Made by a program: the position numbers and the translations under genes. The notes under the pieces were generated by a model, which was not told the DNA's origin, did not search any database, and saw only the letters and a program-made list of their open reading frames with translations. DNA of 55,539 nt, taken from positions 1 through 55,539 of the forward strand of contig JAGFIR010000193.1 of NCBI GenBank assembly GCA_024103415.1, written 5' to 3'. This document shows positions 8,563 through 18,090 of this stretch, in pieces (the first letter of the stretch is position 1; every line of letters begins with the position of its first letter). Source of the DNA: Acidimicrobiales bacterium. Lineage in GTDB: Bacteria > Actinomycetota > Acidimicrobiia > Spongiisociales > ZC4RG35.

Positions 8563-10040
8563 TTTGGGCCGTGTCCGCGGCGGTCCTGGCCGCCGGCGTC
8601 GCTGCCGCCCTCCGTTGGCTGCGTGTCGCCCAGCGCGAGCACTACCTGCCAGTCGTGACGCGCTTTGCCTTTCGCTGGTGGTTCTCGAGCGGGCTCAACA
8701 TCGCCCTGGTCACCTTCGCCTTCCTCTGTGACATGGCCGCTCCGATCTGGGGATGGGCTGCCATGGGTGTGGCGGCGGCGCAGATCGGGCCGATCGGCCT
8801 CGGCCTCCGGGGCCGCACCTCGAAGCTGGCGTTCACGCCGCGTCTGATCCGTCTGGCGGTCTTCGTCGGCTTGGTCTTCGCGGCGCTGCTCGCCTTCGGT
8901 ATCGGCATCGACTCCGCAGCCCCGGCGGCGTCGGCGCTGCTCCTCTTCCCGGTGATCGTGGACCTCGGACTGGTGGTGCTGGCCCCCGTGGAGCGATCCC
9001 TGGGGAGCAAATGGGTCGACCTGGCTCAGGCCAAGCTCGAATCGGTCGGTCCCCGCGTGGTCGCGATCACTGGCTCGTACGGCAAGACCACGACCAAGGC
9101 CTATACCGCCCACCTGGCATCCGGGTCCTTCCGGACGGTGGCATCGCCGGCTTCCTTCAACAACCGGCTCGGCCTCGCCCGTGCCATCAACGAGGGGCTG
9201 GCGCCCGGGACGGAGCTGTTCGTGGCCGAGATGGGGACCTACGGGCCCGGGGAGATCGCCGACATGTGCTCCTGGGTGCGACCGGAGGTGGCGGCCATGG
9301 TCTCGATCGGGCCGGTCCATCTCGAACGTTTCGGATCGGAGGAGGCGATCGTCGCGGCCAAGTCCGAGATCCTCGACGGTGCCAGGGTCGGGGTCATCTG
9401 TGTCGACGACCCGCTGCTGGCGGAACTGGCCGCGAAGCGATCACGGGACATGGAGATCATCGAGGTGTCCGCGCGCGACCGGGGGCGGGTGCGGGTGACG
9501 GAGGGGAAACTGATCGTCGACGGAGAGTATGTCGCCGACGTGCCGCCGGAGGCGTTCTCGGCGAACCTCGCCGTGGCCGTGGGGATCTGCCTGGCACTCG
9601 GAATGACGAACGAGGACGTTGCCCGCCGCCTGGGCGATCTGCCCTCCACACCGCACCGGCAGACGGTGTCGGTGGGCGAGGGTGGCTTCAGCATCATCGA
9701 CGACACCTTCAACTCGAACCCGGCCGGGGCACGCAGGGCCCTGGACGTGCTGGCCATGATGGGAGGGACCAAGGCGGTCGTGACTCCAGGCATGGTCGAG
9801 TTGGGGCGGCGTCAGGCCGAGGAGAACGAAGCATTCGCCGCGGCCGCCGCCGCGGTGGCCGATCACATCGTCGTCGTGGGGCGAACCAACCGGGACGCCC
9901 TGCTCCGCGGTGCGGCAAAGGGCCGTGCGGCGGTTACCGTCGTGGACACGAGGGAGCAGGCAGTCGCCTGGGCGAGATCGAACCTCGGGCCTGGAGACGC
10001 CATCCTCTACGAGAACGACCTACCCGATCACTATCCATGA
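8559..10040 (+). CDS. MurF-like Mur-ligase family protein with an N-terminal multi-TM domain of about 150 aa
   Basis: 493 aa. Residues about 1-150 hold about 4 hydrophobic helices. They are followed by the Mur ligase P-loop ITGSYGKTTTK, the central domain and the MurF-type C-terminal DDTFNSNPAGA. GTG start overlaps the hydrolase stop. Confidence 0.8.
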   Translation: MIWAVSAAVLAAGVAAALRWLRVAQREHYLPVVTRFAFRWWFSSGLNIALVTFAFLCDMAAPIWGWAAMGVAAAQIGPIGLGLRGRTSKLAFTPRLIRLAVFVGLVFAALLAFGIGIDSAAPAASALLLFPVIVDLGLVVLAPVERSLGSKWVDLAQAKLESVGPRVVAITGSYGKTTTKAYTAHLASGSFRTVASPASFNNRLGLARAINEGLAPGTELFVAEMGTYGPGEIADMCSWVRPEVAAMVSIGPVHLERFGSEEAIVAAKSEILDGARVGVICVDDPLLAELAAKRSRDMEIIEVSARDRGRVRVTEGKLIVDGEYVADVPPEAFSANLAVAVGICLALGMTNEDVARRLGDLPSTPHRQTVSVGEGGFSIIDDTFNSNPAGARRALDVLAMMGGTKAVVTPGMVELGRRQAEENEAFAAAAAAVADHIVVVGRTNRDALLRGAAKGRAAVTVVDTREQAVAWARSNLGPGDAILYENDLPDHYP

Positions 10041-10050
10041 CGGAGGGAAG

Positions 10051-11118
10051 ATGAGCCGCCCCCTGGTGGTCTTCGGCGGGCCATCCGACGAGCACGACAT
10101 TTCCATCCTGACCGGTCTCCAGGTTGCCCGCGCCCTGGGTGACGTGGACGTCGTCTACTGGTCGAAATCCGGCGACTGGCACCTGGTCGACGCCGGGATG
10201 GAGGCCGCCGATTTCGCCGACGGTGTCCCCCGGAAGGCTCGCCCGCTGACCTTCGAGGCAGCACCGGGTCGGGGGTTCGTCTTCAAGAAGAAGCCCCTGG
10301 CTCCCACGGCGGTGGTGGTCGCCTGCCACGGCGGCCCCGGCGAGGACGGGACGCTCCAGGGCCTGCTGGATCTCGCGGGCCACCGGTACACGGGGCCGGG
10401 CCAGGCGGCATCCGCCCTCGGCATGGACAAGCTCGCGTTTGGCGCCGCCATGGCAGCCGTGGGCCTTCCCACGCTCCAGAGGACCCTGGTGGGGGACGGC
10501 GACGCCCCCTTCGACGGCCCGTACATCGTCAAGCCGCGTTTCGGCGGGTCATCGATCGGCATCGAGGTCGCCGACGACTGGGACACCGTGAAGGCGCTCA
10601 CCAGGTCGTCCCCGTTCATGGCCCAGGGCGCCGTGGCCGAGCCGTATCTGAAGGGGAGCCGCGACCTCCAGATCGGGGTGCGCACGCATCCCCAACTCGA
10701 GCTCTCGGCGATCGAGGAGCCGGTACGGCCCGAGGGTGGCATCTACACATACGACCAGAAGTATCTGGCCTGGGGCGGGGAGGTGAGCGGGGGCCGTCAG
10801 CTGCCGGCTCAGCTCGACGGGGCGCTGGAGGCGGAGATCCGGGATTTGTCCCGGAAGGTCGCGGCCGCGGCGGGTCTGCGCGGCGTCGCCCGGATCGACT
10901 TCCTGGAACAGGACGGCAAGGTCTATGTCAACGAGGTGAACACGATCCCCGGATCGATGGCCGCCTATCTGTGGATCGACCCGCCGTTGAGCCGGACGCA
11001 GTTGTTCCAGGACATGGTCACCGAGGCGCTGGCGACACCGGCCCGTGTCTTCTCGACAGCGGGCAGCGACGGGACCGCCCTCCGCAATGCGGGGGCGATC
11101 GCTTCGAAGCTCGGGTAG
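10051..11118 (+). CDS. ddl: D-alanine--D-alanine ligase
   Basis: Internal ATG of ORF 9910..11118. Motifs: FGGPSDEHDISILTG, HGGPGEDGTLQGLLD, KPRFGGSSIGI, ARIDF and NEVNTIPG. Confidence 0.88.
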   Translation: MSRPLVVFGGPSDEHDISILTGLQVARALGDVDVVYWSKSGDWHLVDAGMEAADFADGVPRKARPLTFEAAPGRGFVFKKKPLAPTAVVVACHGGPGEDGTLQGLLDLAGHRYTGPGQAASALGMDKLAFGAAMAAVGLPTLQRTLVGDGDAPFDGPYIVKPRFGGSSIGIEVADDWDTVKALTRSSPFMAQGAVAEPYLKGSRDLQIGVRTHPQLELSAIEEPVRPEGGIYTYDQKYLAWGGEVSGGRQLPAQLDGALEAEIRDLSRKVAAAAGLRGVARIDFLEQDGKVYVNEVNTIPGSMAAYLWIDPPLSRTQLFQDMVTEALATPARVFSTAGSDGTALRNAGAIASKLG

Positions 11119-11141
11119 GGGTGCTTCGGGGGTGAGCCCTT

Positions 11142-11375
11142 TTAGAGGTTCACCACCGGGCAGGTGAGCGTGCGGGTGATGCCCTCGACCGTCTGGATCT
11201 GGGCGACCACGAGCTTGCCCAGCGTGTCGACGTCGTTGCTGCTCGCCTTGACGATCACGTCGTAGGGACCGGTGACGTCATCGGCGGTCTCCACGCCCTC
11301 GATCTGCCGCACCTGCTCGGCGACGATGGCCGCTTTCCCGACCTCCGTCTGAATCAGGATGTACGCCTGAACCAA
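11142..11375 (-). CDS. Stand-alone Lrp/AsnC ligand-binding (RAM) domain protein
   Basis: 77 aa (MVQAYILIQTEVGKAAIVAEQVRQIEGVETADDVTGPYDVIVKA...). Typical AsnC-type effector domain without an HTH. Confidence 0.7.
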   Translation of the reverse strand: MVQAYILIQTEVGKAAIVAEQVRQIEGVETADDVTGPYDVIVKASSNDVDTLGKLVVAQIQTVEGITRTLTCPVVNL

Positions 11376-11476
11376 CTGAGCCTCCTGTGCTCTAGGGGTT
11401 CGGGGGAATGTAGCCGATCAGCCGGTACCTGGTACCGGGAACTTGCTCGGTGCCGCGAACTGTGCAGCAGTCGCTA

Positions 11477-11692
11477 TCAGTAGTCGTCCTGGCCGACCCG
11501 CACGGAGGTGACGAACCGAAGCCCGTCCTCTTCCACCGTGTCGACGAGGAGCCGCTGGCCCTGACGGAGGATGCGGAAGATGGAACCGTCGAGCGAGCCC
11601 GGCCGCAGATAGACCTCGGACTTGTCCGTATCGAGGACGACCACACCGACCCCCGTGACGGGGTCGTACGACTTGACGACCCCCTGTGCCAT
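11477..11692 (-). CDS. Small conserved hypothetical protein (71 aa) translationally coupled to rpmB
   Basis: [71 protein letters not shown]. Its ATG overlaps the rpmB stop (ATGA at 11692). High GC3. The beta-rich sequence loosely recalls OB/cold-shock folds. Confidence 0.6.
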   Translation of the reverse strand: MAQGVVKSYDPVTGVGVVVLDTDKSEVYLRPGSLDGSIFRILRQGQRLLVDTVEEDGLRFVTSVRVGQDDY

Positions 11693-11880
11693 CAGGCCTT
11701 CACCACTTTGCCGGCGCGGATGCAGGAGGTGCACACGCGAGCGCGGCGGGTGTTCGAGCCGTGCTTGACCCGGATCCGCTGGATGTTGGGCAGCCAGCGA
11801 CGGTTGTTGCGCTTGTGGGAGAAGCTGACGGTCTTGCCGTAGCTCGGCTCCTTGCCGCAGATCTCGCACCTGTAAGACAT
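11692..11880 (-). CDS. rpmB: 50S ribosomal protein L28
   Basis: 62 aa, [38 protein letters not shown]... Internal ATG of ORF 11692..11952. Confidence 0.92.
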   Translation of the reverse strand: MSYRCEICGKEPSYGKTVSFSHKRNNRRWLPNIQRIRVKHGSNTRRARVCTSCIRAGKVVKA

Positions 11881-11999
11881 GACTGAAACTCCTGGAAACT
11901 CTCTCGAGAGGGGTCGGGCGCGCCGACCGAGGGGGAATGTTAGCCGTGCCACGGGCGAAAGTCCTAGCCGTCACGCCGAACCTGTACCGTGACGGGCGA

Positions 12000-14162
12000 A
12001 TGGCAACCCTCGCCAGACTCGCCCAGATCCCCGTGCTCGAGCTCTCCGGGGTGGGCCCGGCGACAGCCCGGGCCCTCGCCGGCGCGGGCATCCACACGGT
12101 GGCCGATCTGCTCCATCACGTTCCCCACCGCTATCTCGAGGCGGAGGGAACGACCATCGCCGGTGCCTCGAAAGGCGCCGAGGTGACCCTGCAGGGCCAG
12201 GTCAAGTCGGTCCGGGAGCGTCGGCCGCGACGGAACCTCCTGATCACCGAGGCGACTCTCGGCGATGGGACCGGGACCATCACGGCCGTCTGGTTCAACC
12301 AGCGTCACATCGCCTCCCAGCTCGAGCCCGGCGCGTGGATCGCCGTTTCCGGGGTGGTGGACATCTTCGCCGGGAAGCGCCAGATCCGGGTCAGGGCGCA
12401 GCGACGGCTCGCCGACGGCGAGCACCTGCTCGCCGAAGAGGAGATCACCCCGGTGCACTCCCAGGTCGGCCAGCTCAAGCCGTGGAAGATCGCCCAGTTC
12501 ATCCGTCAGGCCTTGAAGCGATCCCGACCCATCGAGGACCCGGTGCCGGTCGAGTTCCTGGCCACCCACGGCCTCGGGTCACGCGACGAGTCTTTTCAGA
12601 ACATCCACTTCCCCGAATCGATGTCCCAGGTGCCTCACGCCCGGCGTCGATTGGTCTACGACGAGTTCTTCCGTCTCGAGTTGGCCCTCGCCCTCCAGAA
12701 ACGGCGTCGTCTCGAGGAGTCCCGTGGCGTCGCCCACGAACCGACCGGGGAACTGACCGCGCGGTTCATCTCCGGTCTGCCTTACGAGCTCACTGCTGCC
12801 CAGCGCCGGGTCATCGGCGAAATCTCCGAAGACATGCGCAGCCCCTACCCGATGCACCGGCTGCTGCAAGGCGAGGTCGGCTCCGGGAAGACCGTGGTGG
12901 CGGTGAAGGCGCTGCTCGACGGTGTCGAGGGCGGCTGGCAGGGCGCGATCATGGCCCCGACCGAGGTCCTGGCCGAGCAGCACTTCCTGGGGGTGACCCA
13001 TCTTCTCGCCGATGCCGGCATGTCACCCGAGCCATACGGGGGCGGGAGCCGGCTCGGAATGGCCAGCCTCTTCGACTCCGACGAGCCCGCCGTCAGGGTC
13101 GGGCTCCTCACCGGGCACAACGCCGCCGCCAACTACGACCCGGAGATCACCCGGGCCCAGCTTCTCTTCGACGTCGCCGACGGGACGGTCGACATGCTCG
13201 TGGGCACGCATGCCCTCATCCAGGAGGGGGTCGACTTCCACCGCCTCGGCGTGGCCGTGGTCGACGAGCAGCACCGCTTCGGCGTCTTCCAGCGGATCAT
13301 GCTCAAGGAGAAGGCCGACGGCATCGACCCCGACCTGCTCATCATGACCGCCACCCCGATCCCGCGGACCCTGTCGATGACCCTCTACGGCGACCTCGAC
13401 GTGTCGATCATCGACGAGATGCCGCCGGGCCGGGCGCCCGTGATCACGCGCCACCTGGCCCGCGCCCAGGAATCGGCGGCATGGGATCTCATCCGTGACC
13501 ACGTGGCGAAGGGGCGTCAGGCGTTCGTGGTGTGCCCGCTGGTCGAGGACAGCGAGAAGGTCGAGGCGGCGTCGGCCACCGCGGAGCACGCCCGTCTCAG
13601 CGCCATCCTCTCCGACCTGAGAGTGGGGTTGATCCACGGACAGATGAGGCCGGCCGACAAAGAGGGCGTCATGTCCGCGTTCCGGGCCGGCGAGATCGAC
13701 GTCCTGGTCTCGACCACGGTCATCGAGGTGGGCATCGACGTGCCGAATGCCACGGTGATGGTGATCGAGGACGCCGACCGCTTCGGTCTCAGCCAGCTCC
13801 ACCAGTTGCGGGGGCGTGTGGGCCGCGGCGCCCATCGTGGAACCTGTCTCGTCATCTCCGACCCGCCCGGCGAGGAGGCTCAGAAGCGACTCGCCGCGTT
13901 CGTCTCCACGACCGACGGCTTCGAGCTCGCCAATGCTGACCTGGCCATCCGGGGCCAGGGAACGGTGTTCGGCGCCCGCCAGTCGGGGATCGGCGACCTT
14001 CGCATCGCCGACCTGCTGGAGGACTTCGAGATGCTGGTCGCCGCCCGGCGCGATGCGTTCGGGCTCGTCGCGTCCGACCCCGAGCTCGCCGGTCAGCCTG
14101 CCCTGGCCGACGAGGTCCGTGCGATGCTCGGCGATCTCGTCGAGTGGCTCTTCGTCAGCTGA
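12000..14162 (+). CDS. recG: ATP-dependent DNA helicase RecG
   Basis: Wedge/OB N-terminus, helicase motif I GEVGSGKT, DEQHRFG, and motif VI QLRGRVGRG. The start is ATG 12000 or the upstream 11937. Confidence 0.9.
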   Translation: MATLARLAQIPVLELSGVGPATARALAGAGIHTVADLLHHVPHRYLEAEGTTIAGASKGAEVTLQGQVKSVRERRPRRNLLITEATLGDGTGTITAVWFNQRHIASQLEPGAWIAVSGVVDIFAGKRQIRVRAQRRLADGEHLLAEEEITPVHSQVGQLKPWKIAQFIRQALKRSRPIEDPVPVEFLATHGLGSRDESFQNIHFPESMSQVPHARRRLVYDEFFRLELALALQKRRRLEESRGVAHEPTGELTARFISGLPYELTAAQRRVIGEISEDMRSPYPMHRLLQGEVGSGKTVVAVKALLDGVEGGWQGAIMAPTEVLAEQHFLGVTHLLADAGMSPEPYGGGSRLGMASLFDSDEPAVRVGLLTGHNAAANYDPEITRAQLLFDVADGTVDMLVGTHALIQEGVDFHRLGVAVVDEQHRFGVFQRIMLKEKADGIDPDLLIMTATPIPRTLSMTLYGDLDVSIIDEMPPGRAPVITRHLARAQESAAWDLIRDHVAKGRQAFVVCPLVEDSEKVEAASATAEHARLSAILSDLRVGLIHGQMRPADKEGVMSAFRAGEIDVLVSTTVIEVGIDVPNATVMVIEDADRFGLSQLHQLRGRVGRGAHRGTCLVISDPPGEEAQKRLAAFVSTTDGFELANADLAIRGQGTVFGARQSGIGDLRIADLLEDFEMLVAARRDAFGLVASDPELAGQPALADEVRAMLGDLVEWLFVS

Positions 14163-14704
14163 TGCGGATCATCTCGGGCCAGGCGCGGGGGAGGAGGCTG
14201 TCGGCCCCCGACACACCGGGGACACGGCCCGCCACCGACCGGGTTCGCGAGGCGATCTTCTCGTCGTTGGGTGACACGGTCGTCGACGCCAGGGTCGCCG
14301 ACCTCTACGCCGGCAGCGGATCGTTCGGCCTGGAGGCCTTGTCCCGCGGCGCACGGTCGGCGGTTTTCGTCGAGAAGGGCCGCAAGGCGCTCGATGCCCT
14401 TCGGTCCAACATCGGGGCCGTGGGTCTGGGGGGCAAGGTGGTCCCCGCCGACGTGCGGCGCTGGCTGGCGGAGACCGAAGAGACGTTCGACCTCGTCTTC
14501 ATCGACCCGCCATGGGACATGCCCACTTCCCAACTCGACGAGGACCTGGCCCTCCTGGACGAGCGTCTCGCTCCGGGTGGCACCGTCGTCCTGTCGCGCC
14601 GGCACGGCGATCGGGAGCCGGAACCCCCCGGAACCTGGAGCAATGCCGCGGATAAGCGGTACGGGGATACAAGAATCTTCCGGTACGAGAAGGTGAACCG
14701 ATGA
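14162..14704 (+). CDS. rsmD: 16S rRNA (guanine966-N2)-methyltransferase RsmD
   Basis: MRIISGQARGRRL...PGTRPATDRVREAIFS, DLYAGSGSFGLEALSRGA and DPPW. The start overlaps the recG stop. Confidence 0.88.
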   Translation: MRIISGQARGRRLSAPDTPGTRPATDRVREAIFSSLGDTVVDARVADLYAGSGSFGLEALSRGARSAVFVEKGRKALDALRSNIGAVGLGGKVVPADVRRWLAETEETFDLVFIDPPWDMPTSQLDEDLALLDERLAPGGTVVLSRRHGDREPEPPGTWSNAADKRYGDTRIFRYEKVNR

Positions 14705-15168
14705 CGATCGCAATGTGCCCCGGCAGCTTCGACCCGCCCACGAGCGGGCACATCGACCTGATCGACAGGGCCCGCGCCATGTTCGACAAGGTCATCGTCG
14801 CCGTGATCGACAACCCTTCGAAACGGCCGATGTTCACGCCCACCGAGCGCGCCGAGCTCTTCCGCGAGATCTACGGAGACACCATCGACGTCACGATCTT
14901 CCAGGGGCTCCTCGTCGAGCACGCCCGTGACATGGAGGTCGACGTGCTGGTCAAGGGGATCCGGAACGGCATCGACTTCGAGTACGAGTTCCAGATGGCG
15001 CACATGAACCGTCGACTCAGTGGCGTCGAGACCCTCTTCCTGCCCACCAGCCCGAGCGTCTCGTACATCTCGTCTTCGCTGGTCAAAGAGGTGGCGCGTC
15101 TCGGAGGCCCGGTGTCGAGCCTGGTGCCGGACGTGGTCGAGAACGCATTGAAGGAGCGATTGCCATGA
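14701..15168 (+). CDS. coaD: Phosphopantetheine adenylyltransferase
   Basis: CPGSFDPPTSGHIDLI (the HxGH-type motif). 155 aa. ATGA overlap with rsmD. Confidence 0.92.
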   Translation: MTIAMCPGSFDPPTSGHIDLIDRARAMFDKVIVAVIDNPSKRPMFTPTERAELFREIYGDTIDVTIFQGLLVEHARDMEVDVLVKGIRNGIDFEYEFQMAHMNRRLSGVETLFLPTSPSVSYISSSLVKEVARLGGPVSSLVPDVVENALKERLP

Positions 15169-15707
15169 CCGAGGAAATCGAGATCGTCGAAGGGTCGGCG
15201 GAGCAGACCCCCGACCCGGCGGGCCGGCCCGAGCCGTCCGACATCCTCGACATGATCGACGACCTCCTGGTCCACCTGCACGAGGCCAAGTCGATGCCGC
15301 TCTCGTCCAACGCCCTGGTCGACCGGGACATGTTCCTCGGGCGCCTCGAGCAGATCCGTGCCAGCCTGCCCGACGAGCTGCGGGCGGCCCGCTGGATGGT
15401 CCGGGAGCGCGAGGCGTTCATCGCTCGCACCAACGAGAAGGCCCGGGAGATCGTCAACAAGGCCCGGGAGGAAGCCGACCGTCTCGTCTCCGAGTCCAAC
15501 ATCGTCGCCGAGGCCGTCGAGGAGGCCAACATCCTGGTCCGGCGGGCCGAAGGCGAAGCCAGGCGCATCCGCCTGGAGGCCGAGGACCTCATCGAGAAGA
15601 GCCTCCAGAAGGCCGAGTCGGTGCTCACCAATCTCGTGGCGGAGCTTCAGCAGTCCCGTCTCGAGCTCCACGAGGCCCGTCCGAAGGCACCCGAAGTTCC
15701 GCTCTGA
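15165..15707 (+). CDS. Coiled-coil protein, unknown function (ATP-synthase b/E-like helical region)
   Basis: 180 aa with a charged Ala/Glu/Arg-rich heptad-like C-terminal half. ATGA overlap with coaD. It sits where actinobacteria keep a conserved hypothetical gene between coaD and DUF177. Confidence 0.6.
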   Translation: MTEEIEIVEGSAEQTPDPAGRPEPSDILDMIDDLLVHLHEAKSMPLSSNALVDRDMFLGRLEQIRASLPDELRAARWMVREREAFIARTNEKAREIVNKAREEADRLVSESNIVAEAVEEANILVRRAEGEARRIRLEAEDLIEKSLQKAESVLTNLVAELQQSRLELHEARPKAPEVPL

Positions 15708-15766
15708 GCACCCGTACCATGTGCTCGATGCCCCGATCGGGGTGCGAGCTACGGGTAGGGGTGGCT

Positions 15767-16258
15767 ATGACTGACTCTCTCATCTTCAAGGTCGAAGGCG
15801 TGGCCGGAAAGCCCGGTCTGAAGCGCGACTTCACCGGTGCCGCCCGCATCCACGTCCAGGTGCTCGACTCGGTGGTCGACGACGAGATGGCGGTGTCCGG
15901 CACCTTCACCGGGACCGTCGACGGGGTCGAGGCCCGCTTCACCGCGAGCACTCCCGTCGATCTGGTCTGCACACGTTGCCTCACCGAGTGGACCACGGTG
16001 CTGGAGACCACGGCCGACCAGCATTTCTCGAAGATCCCCGACGAGGACGGATACGCCATCGTCGACGGTACGGTGGACATGGCGGGGCCCGCCACCGATG
16101 AGTTGGTCCTGGCGATCCCGCTGGCTCCAGTGTGCAAGCCGGACTGCAAGGGACTTTGCCCAACTTGCGGAACCGACTTGAATACTGAGCCGTGCGACGG
16201 GCACGGGGATGACTCCGATTCGCCCTTCGCGCCCCTCAAGGACCTGTTCGATCCCTGA
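15767..16258 (+). CDS. YceD/DUF177 family protein (large-subunit ribosome maturation associated)
   Basis: Cys cluster CKPDCKGLCPTCGTDLN and an acidic C-terminus. Lies immediately upstream of rpmF, as is usual. Confidence 0.85.
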   Translation: MTDSLIFKVEGVAGKPGLKRDFTGAARIHVQVLDSVVDDEMAVSGTFTGTVDGVEARFTASTPVDLVCTRCLTEWTTVLETTADQHFSKIPDEDGYAIVDGTVDMAGPATDELVLAIPLAPVCKPDCKGLCPTCGTDLNTEPCDGHGDDSDSPFAPLKDLFDP

Positions 16259-16274
16259 CCAGGAGTGCTCCGTA

Positions 16275-16451
16275 ATGGCGGTGCCCAAGAAGAAGATGTC
16301 GCGTTCGAGAACCAGGAGCCGCAAGGCTTCCTGGAAGGTGAGCGCGCCGCGCACCGTGGCCTGCGAGCAGTGCGGCAAGCCGAAACTCCCTCACCGGGCG
16401 TGTCGGGAGTGCGGCACCTACGCCGGCCGTGAAGTGATCGAGACCGACTGA
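16275..16451 (+). CDS. rpmF: 50S ribosomal protein L32
   Basis: MAVPKKKMSRSRTRSRKASWK... with the CxxC...CxxC zinc ribbon. Confidence 0.92.
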   Translation: MAVPKKKMSRSRTRSRKASWKVSAPRTVACEQCGKPKLPHRACRECGTYAGREVIETD

Positions 16452-16456
16452 CCGGT

Positions 16457-17425
16457 TTGGCCCGGATCGCCCTCGATGCAATGGGGGGCGATTACGCCCC
16501 CGCCGAGACCGTGGCCGGAGCGGTCGATGCGGCGCGTCGTGGCGTCGATGTCATCCTCGTCGGTCCCAAGGAGATCGTCACCGCAGAACTCGAGCGTCTC
16601 GAGGAATCCCTTCCCGTCGTCGACGCCCCCGAGGTGATCGGCATGGGCGACGATCCTGCCCGTGCCCTCCGGGAGAAGCCACAGTCGTCGATCGCCGTTT
16701 GTGCCCGAATGGTCGCCGCCGGCGAGGCCGCCGGGTTCGTCGGCGCCGGTTCCACCGGCGCGGCCATGGCGGCGGCGTCGATCCTCATCGGTCGCATCCA
16801 GGGTGTGTCCCGTCCCGCCATCGCCACGATCTTCCCGACTCCGGAGACACCGACGCTGGTCCTCGACTCGGGCGCCAACCCCGAGGTGACCGCCGCCCAA
16901 CTCCACCAGTTCGCGGTCATGGGCTCGGTCGCCGCCGAACTGCTCCTCGGTGTGGAGCGGCCCCGAGTCGGTCTGCTCAACATCGGCGAGGAGAAGGGAA
17001 AGGGCCGCGACCTGGAGCGGGCCGCTCACGATCTGCTCGAGGGGAGCGGTCTCAACTTCATCGGCAACGTGGAGGGCCGGGACGTGGCCGCCGACCGCTG
17101 CGACGTGGTAGTCACCGACGGCTTCACCGGCAACGTCTTCCTCAAGACCACCGAAGGCGCCTCCAAGCTGGTGGGCCAGTACTTCCAGGAGGCGGTCTCC
17201 AAGCTGCCGCCCGATGTCCGGGCCCAGGTGCTGCCCGCTCTCAACGAGGTGCGGCACCGTCTCGACCCCGAGACCTACGGTGGCGCCCAGTTGCTCGGCG
17301 TCAAGGGTGTGGCAGTGATCGGGCACGGCTCGTCGAGCCGCGTGGCGATCGCCAACGCCCTCTCGGTGGCCGCGGAGGGCGCCGAACGCGATCTCCCCGG
17401 GATCATCGCGGCGCGATTGGCATGA
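16457..17425 (+). CDS. plsX: Phosphate acyltransferase PlsX
   Basis: 322 aa. IALDAMGGDYAP N-terminus, then NIGEE and DGFTGNV motifs. TTG start. Confidence 0.9.
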   Translation: MARIALDAMGGDYAPAETVAGAVDAARRGVDVILVGPKEIVTAELERLEESLPVVDAPEVIGMGDDPARALREKPQSSIAVCARMVAAGEAAGFVGAGSTGAAMAAASILIGRIQGVSRPAIATIFPTPETPTLVLDSGANPEVTAAQLHQFAVMGSVAAELLLGVERPRVGLLNIGEEKGKGRDLERAAHDLLEGSGLNFIGNVEGRDVAADRCDVVVTDGFTGNVFLKTTEGASKLVGQYFQEAVSKLPPDVRAQVLPALNEVRHRLDPETYGGAQLLGVKGVAVIGHGSSSRVAIANALSVAAEGAERDLPGIIAARLA

Positions 17426-18090
17426 GCCTCGAGAACCGGCTGGGCCACGTCTTCGCCGACCCGGACCTGCTCGCACTGGCCCTCACCCATCGCTCGGTGA
17501 GCGCCGACGACCCGTCCCGCTCCGACAACGAGCGTCTCGAGTTCCTCGGCGACGCCGTGCTGCAACTGGTCATCACCGAGCGTCTCTACGAGGACTATCC
17601 CGACCTCGCCGAGGGGCAGATGGCCAAGATCCGCGCCGCGCTGGTCAGCCGTCAGGGTCTCGCCGAAGTGGCCCGGGCCATCGACCTCGGGTCCTATCTG
17701 GAGCTGTCCCCGAGCGAGGAGCGCTCCGGTGGCCGGTCGAAGAGCTCGATCCTCGCCAACGCCATGGAAGCCGTGATCGGCGCCGTGTACCTGGACGCCG
17801 GTCTCGAGGTCGCCGGCCGGATGATCCTCGACCTCTGGGGCGAGCGCATCGCCGAGCGGGCCAAGCGGCCGGGGCTGCGGGACTACAAGACCCGTCTCCA
17901 GGAGGTGCTCGCTCGGGCCGGGAAGCGGCCTGTCTACGAGGTCACCGGGTCGGGACCCGACCACGCCCGTCGCTTCACCGCCGAGGTCATCATCGACGGC
18001 GCGCCGATGGGCACCGGAGAGGGGCAGTCGAAGAAGGAAGCCGAGCAGGCCGCCGCCGAGGTCGCCCTCCGGCGTCTCGCTCAGAGCTGA
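17422..18090 (+). CDS. rnc: Ribonuclease III
   Basis: Signature NERLEFLGDAVL plus the C-terminal dsRBD (SKKEAEQAAA). ATGA overlap with plsX. Confidence 0.92.
   Translation: MSLENRLGHVFADPDLLALALTHRSVSADDPSRSDNERLEFLGDAVLQLVITERLYEDYPDLAEGQMAKIRAALVSRQGLAEVARAIDLGSYLELSPSEERSGGRSKSSILANAMEAVIGAVYLDAGLEVAGRMILDLWGERIAERAKRPGLRDYKTRLQEVLARAGKRPVYEVTGSGPDHARRFTAEVIIDGAPMGTGEGQSKKEAEQAAAEVALRRLAQS

Noticed and set aside
11421-11446. ccggtacc-t-ggtaccgg hairpin downstream of the 71-aa ORF as a terminator
   Set aside because: The stem is short and no U-tract follows on the transcribed (minus) strand. It is plausible but unsupported.
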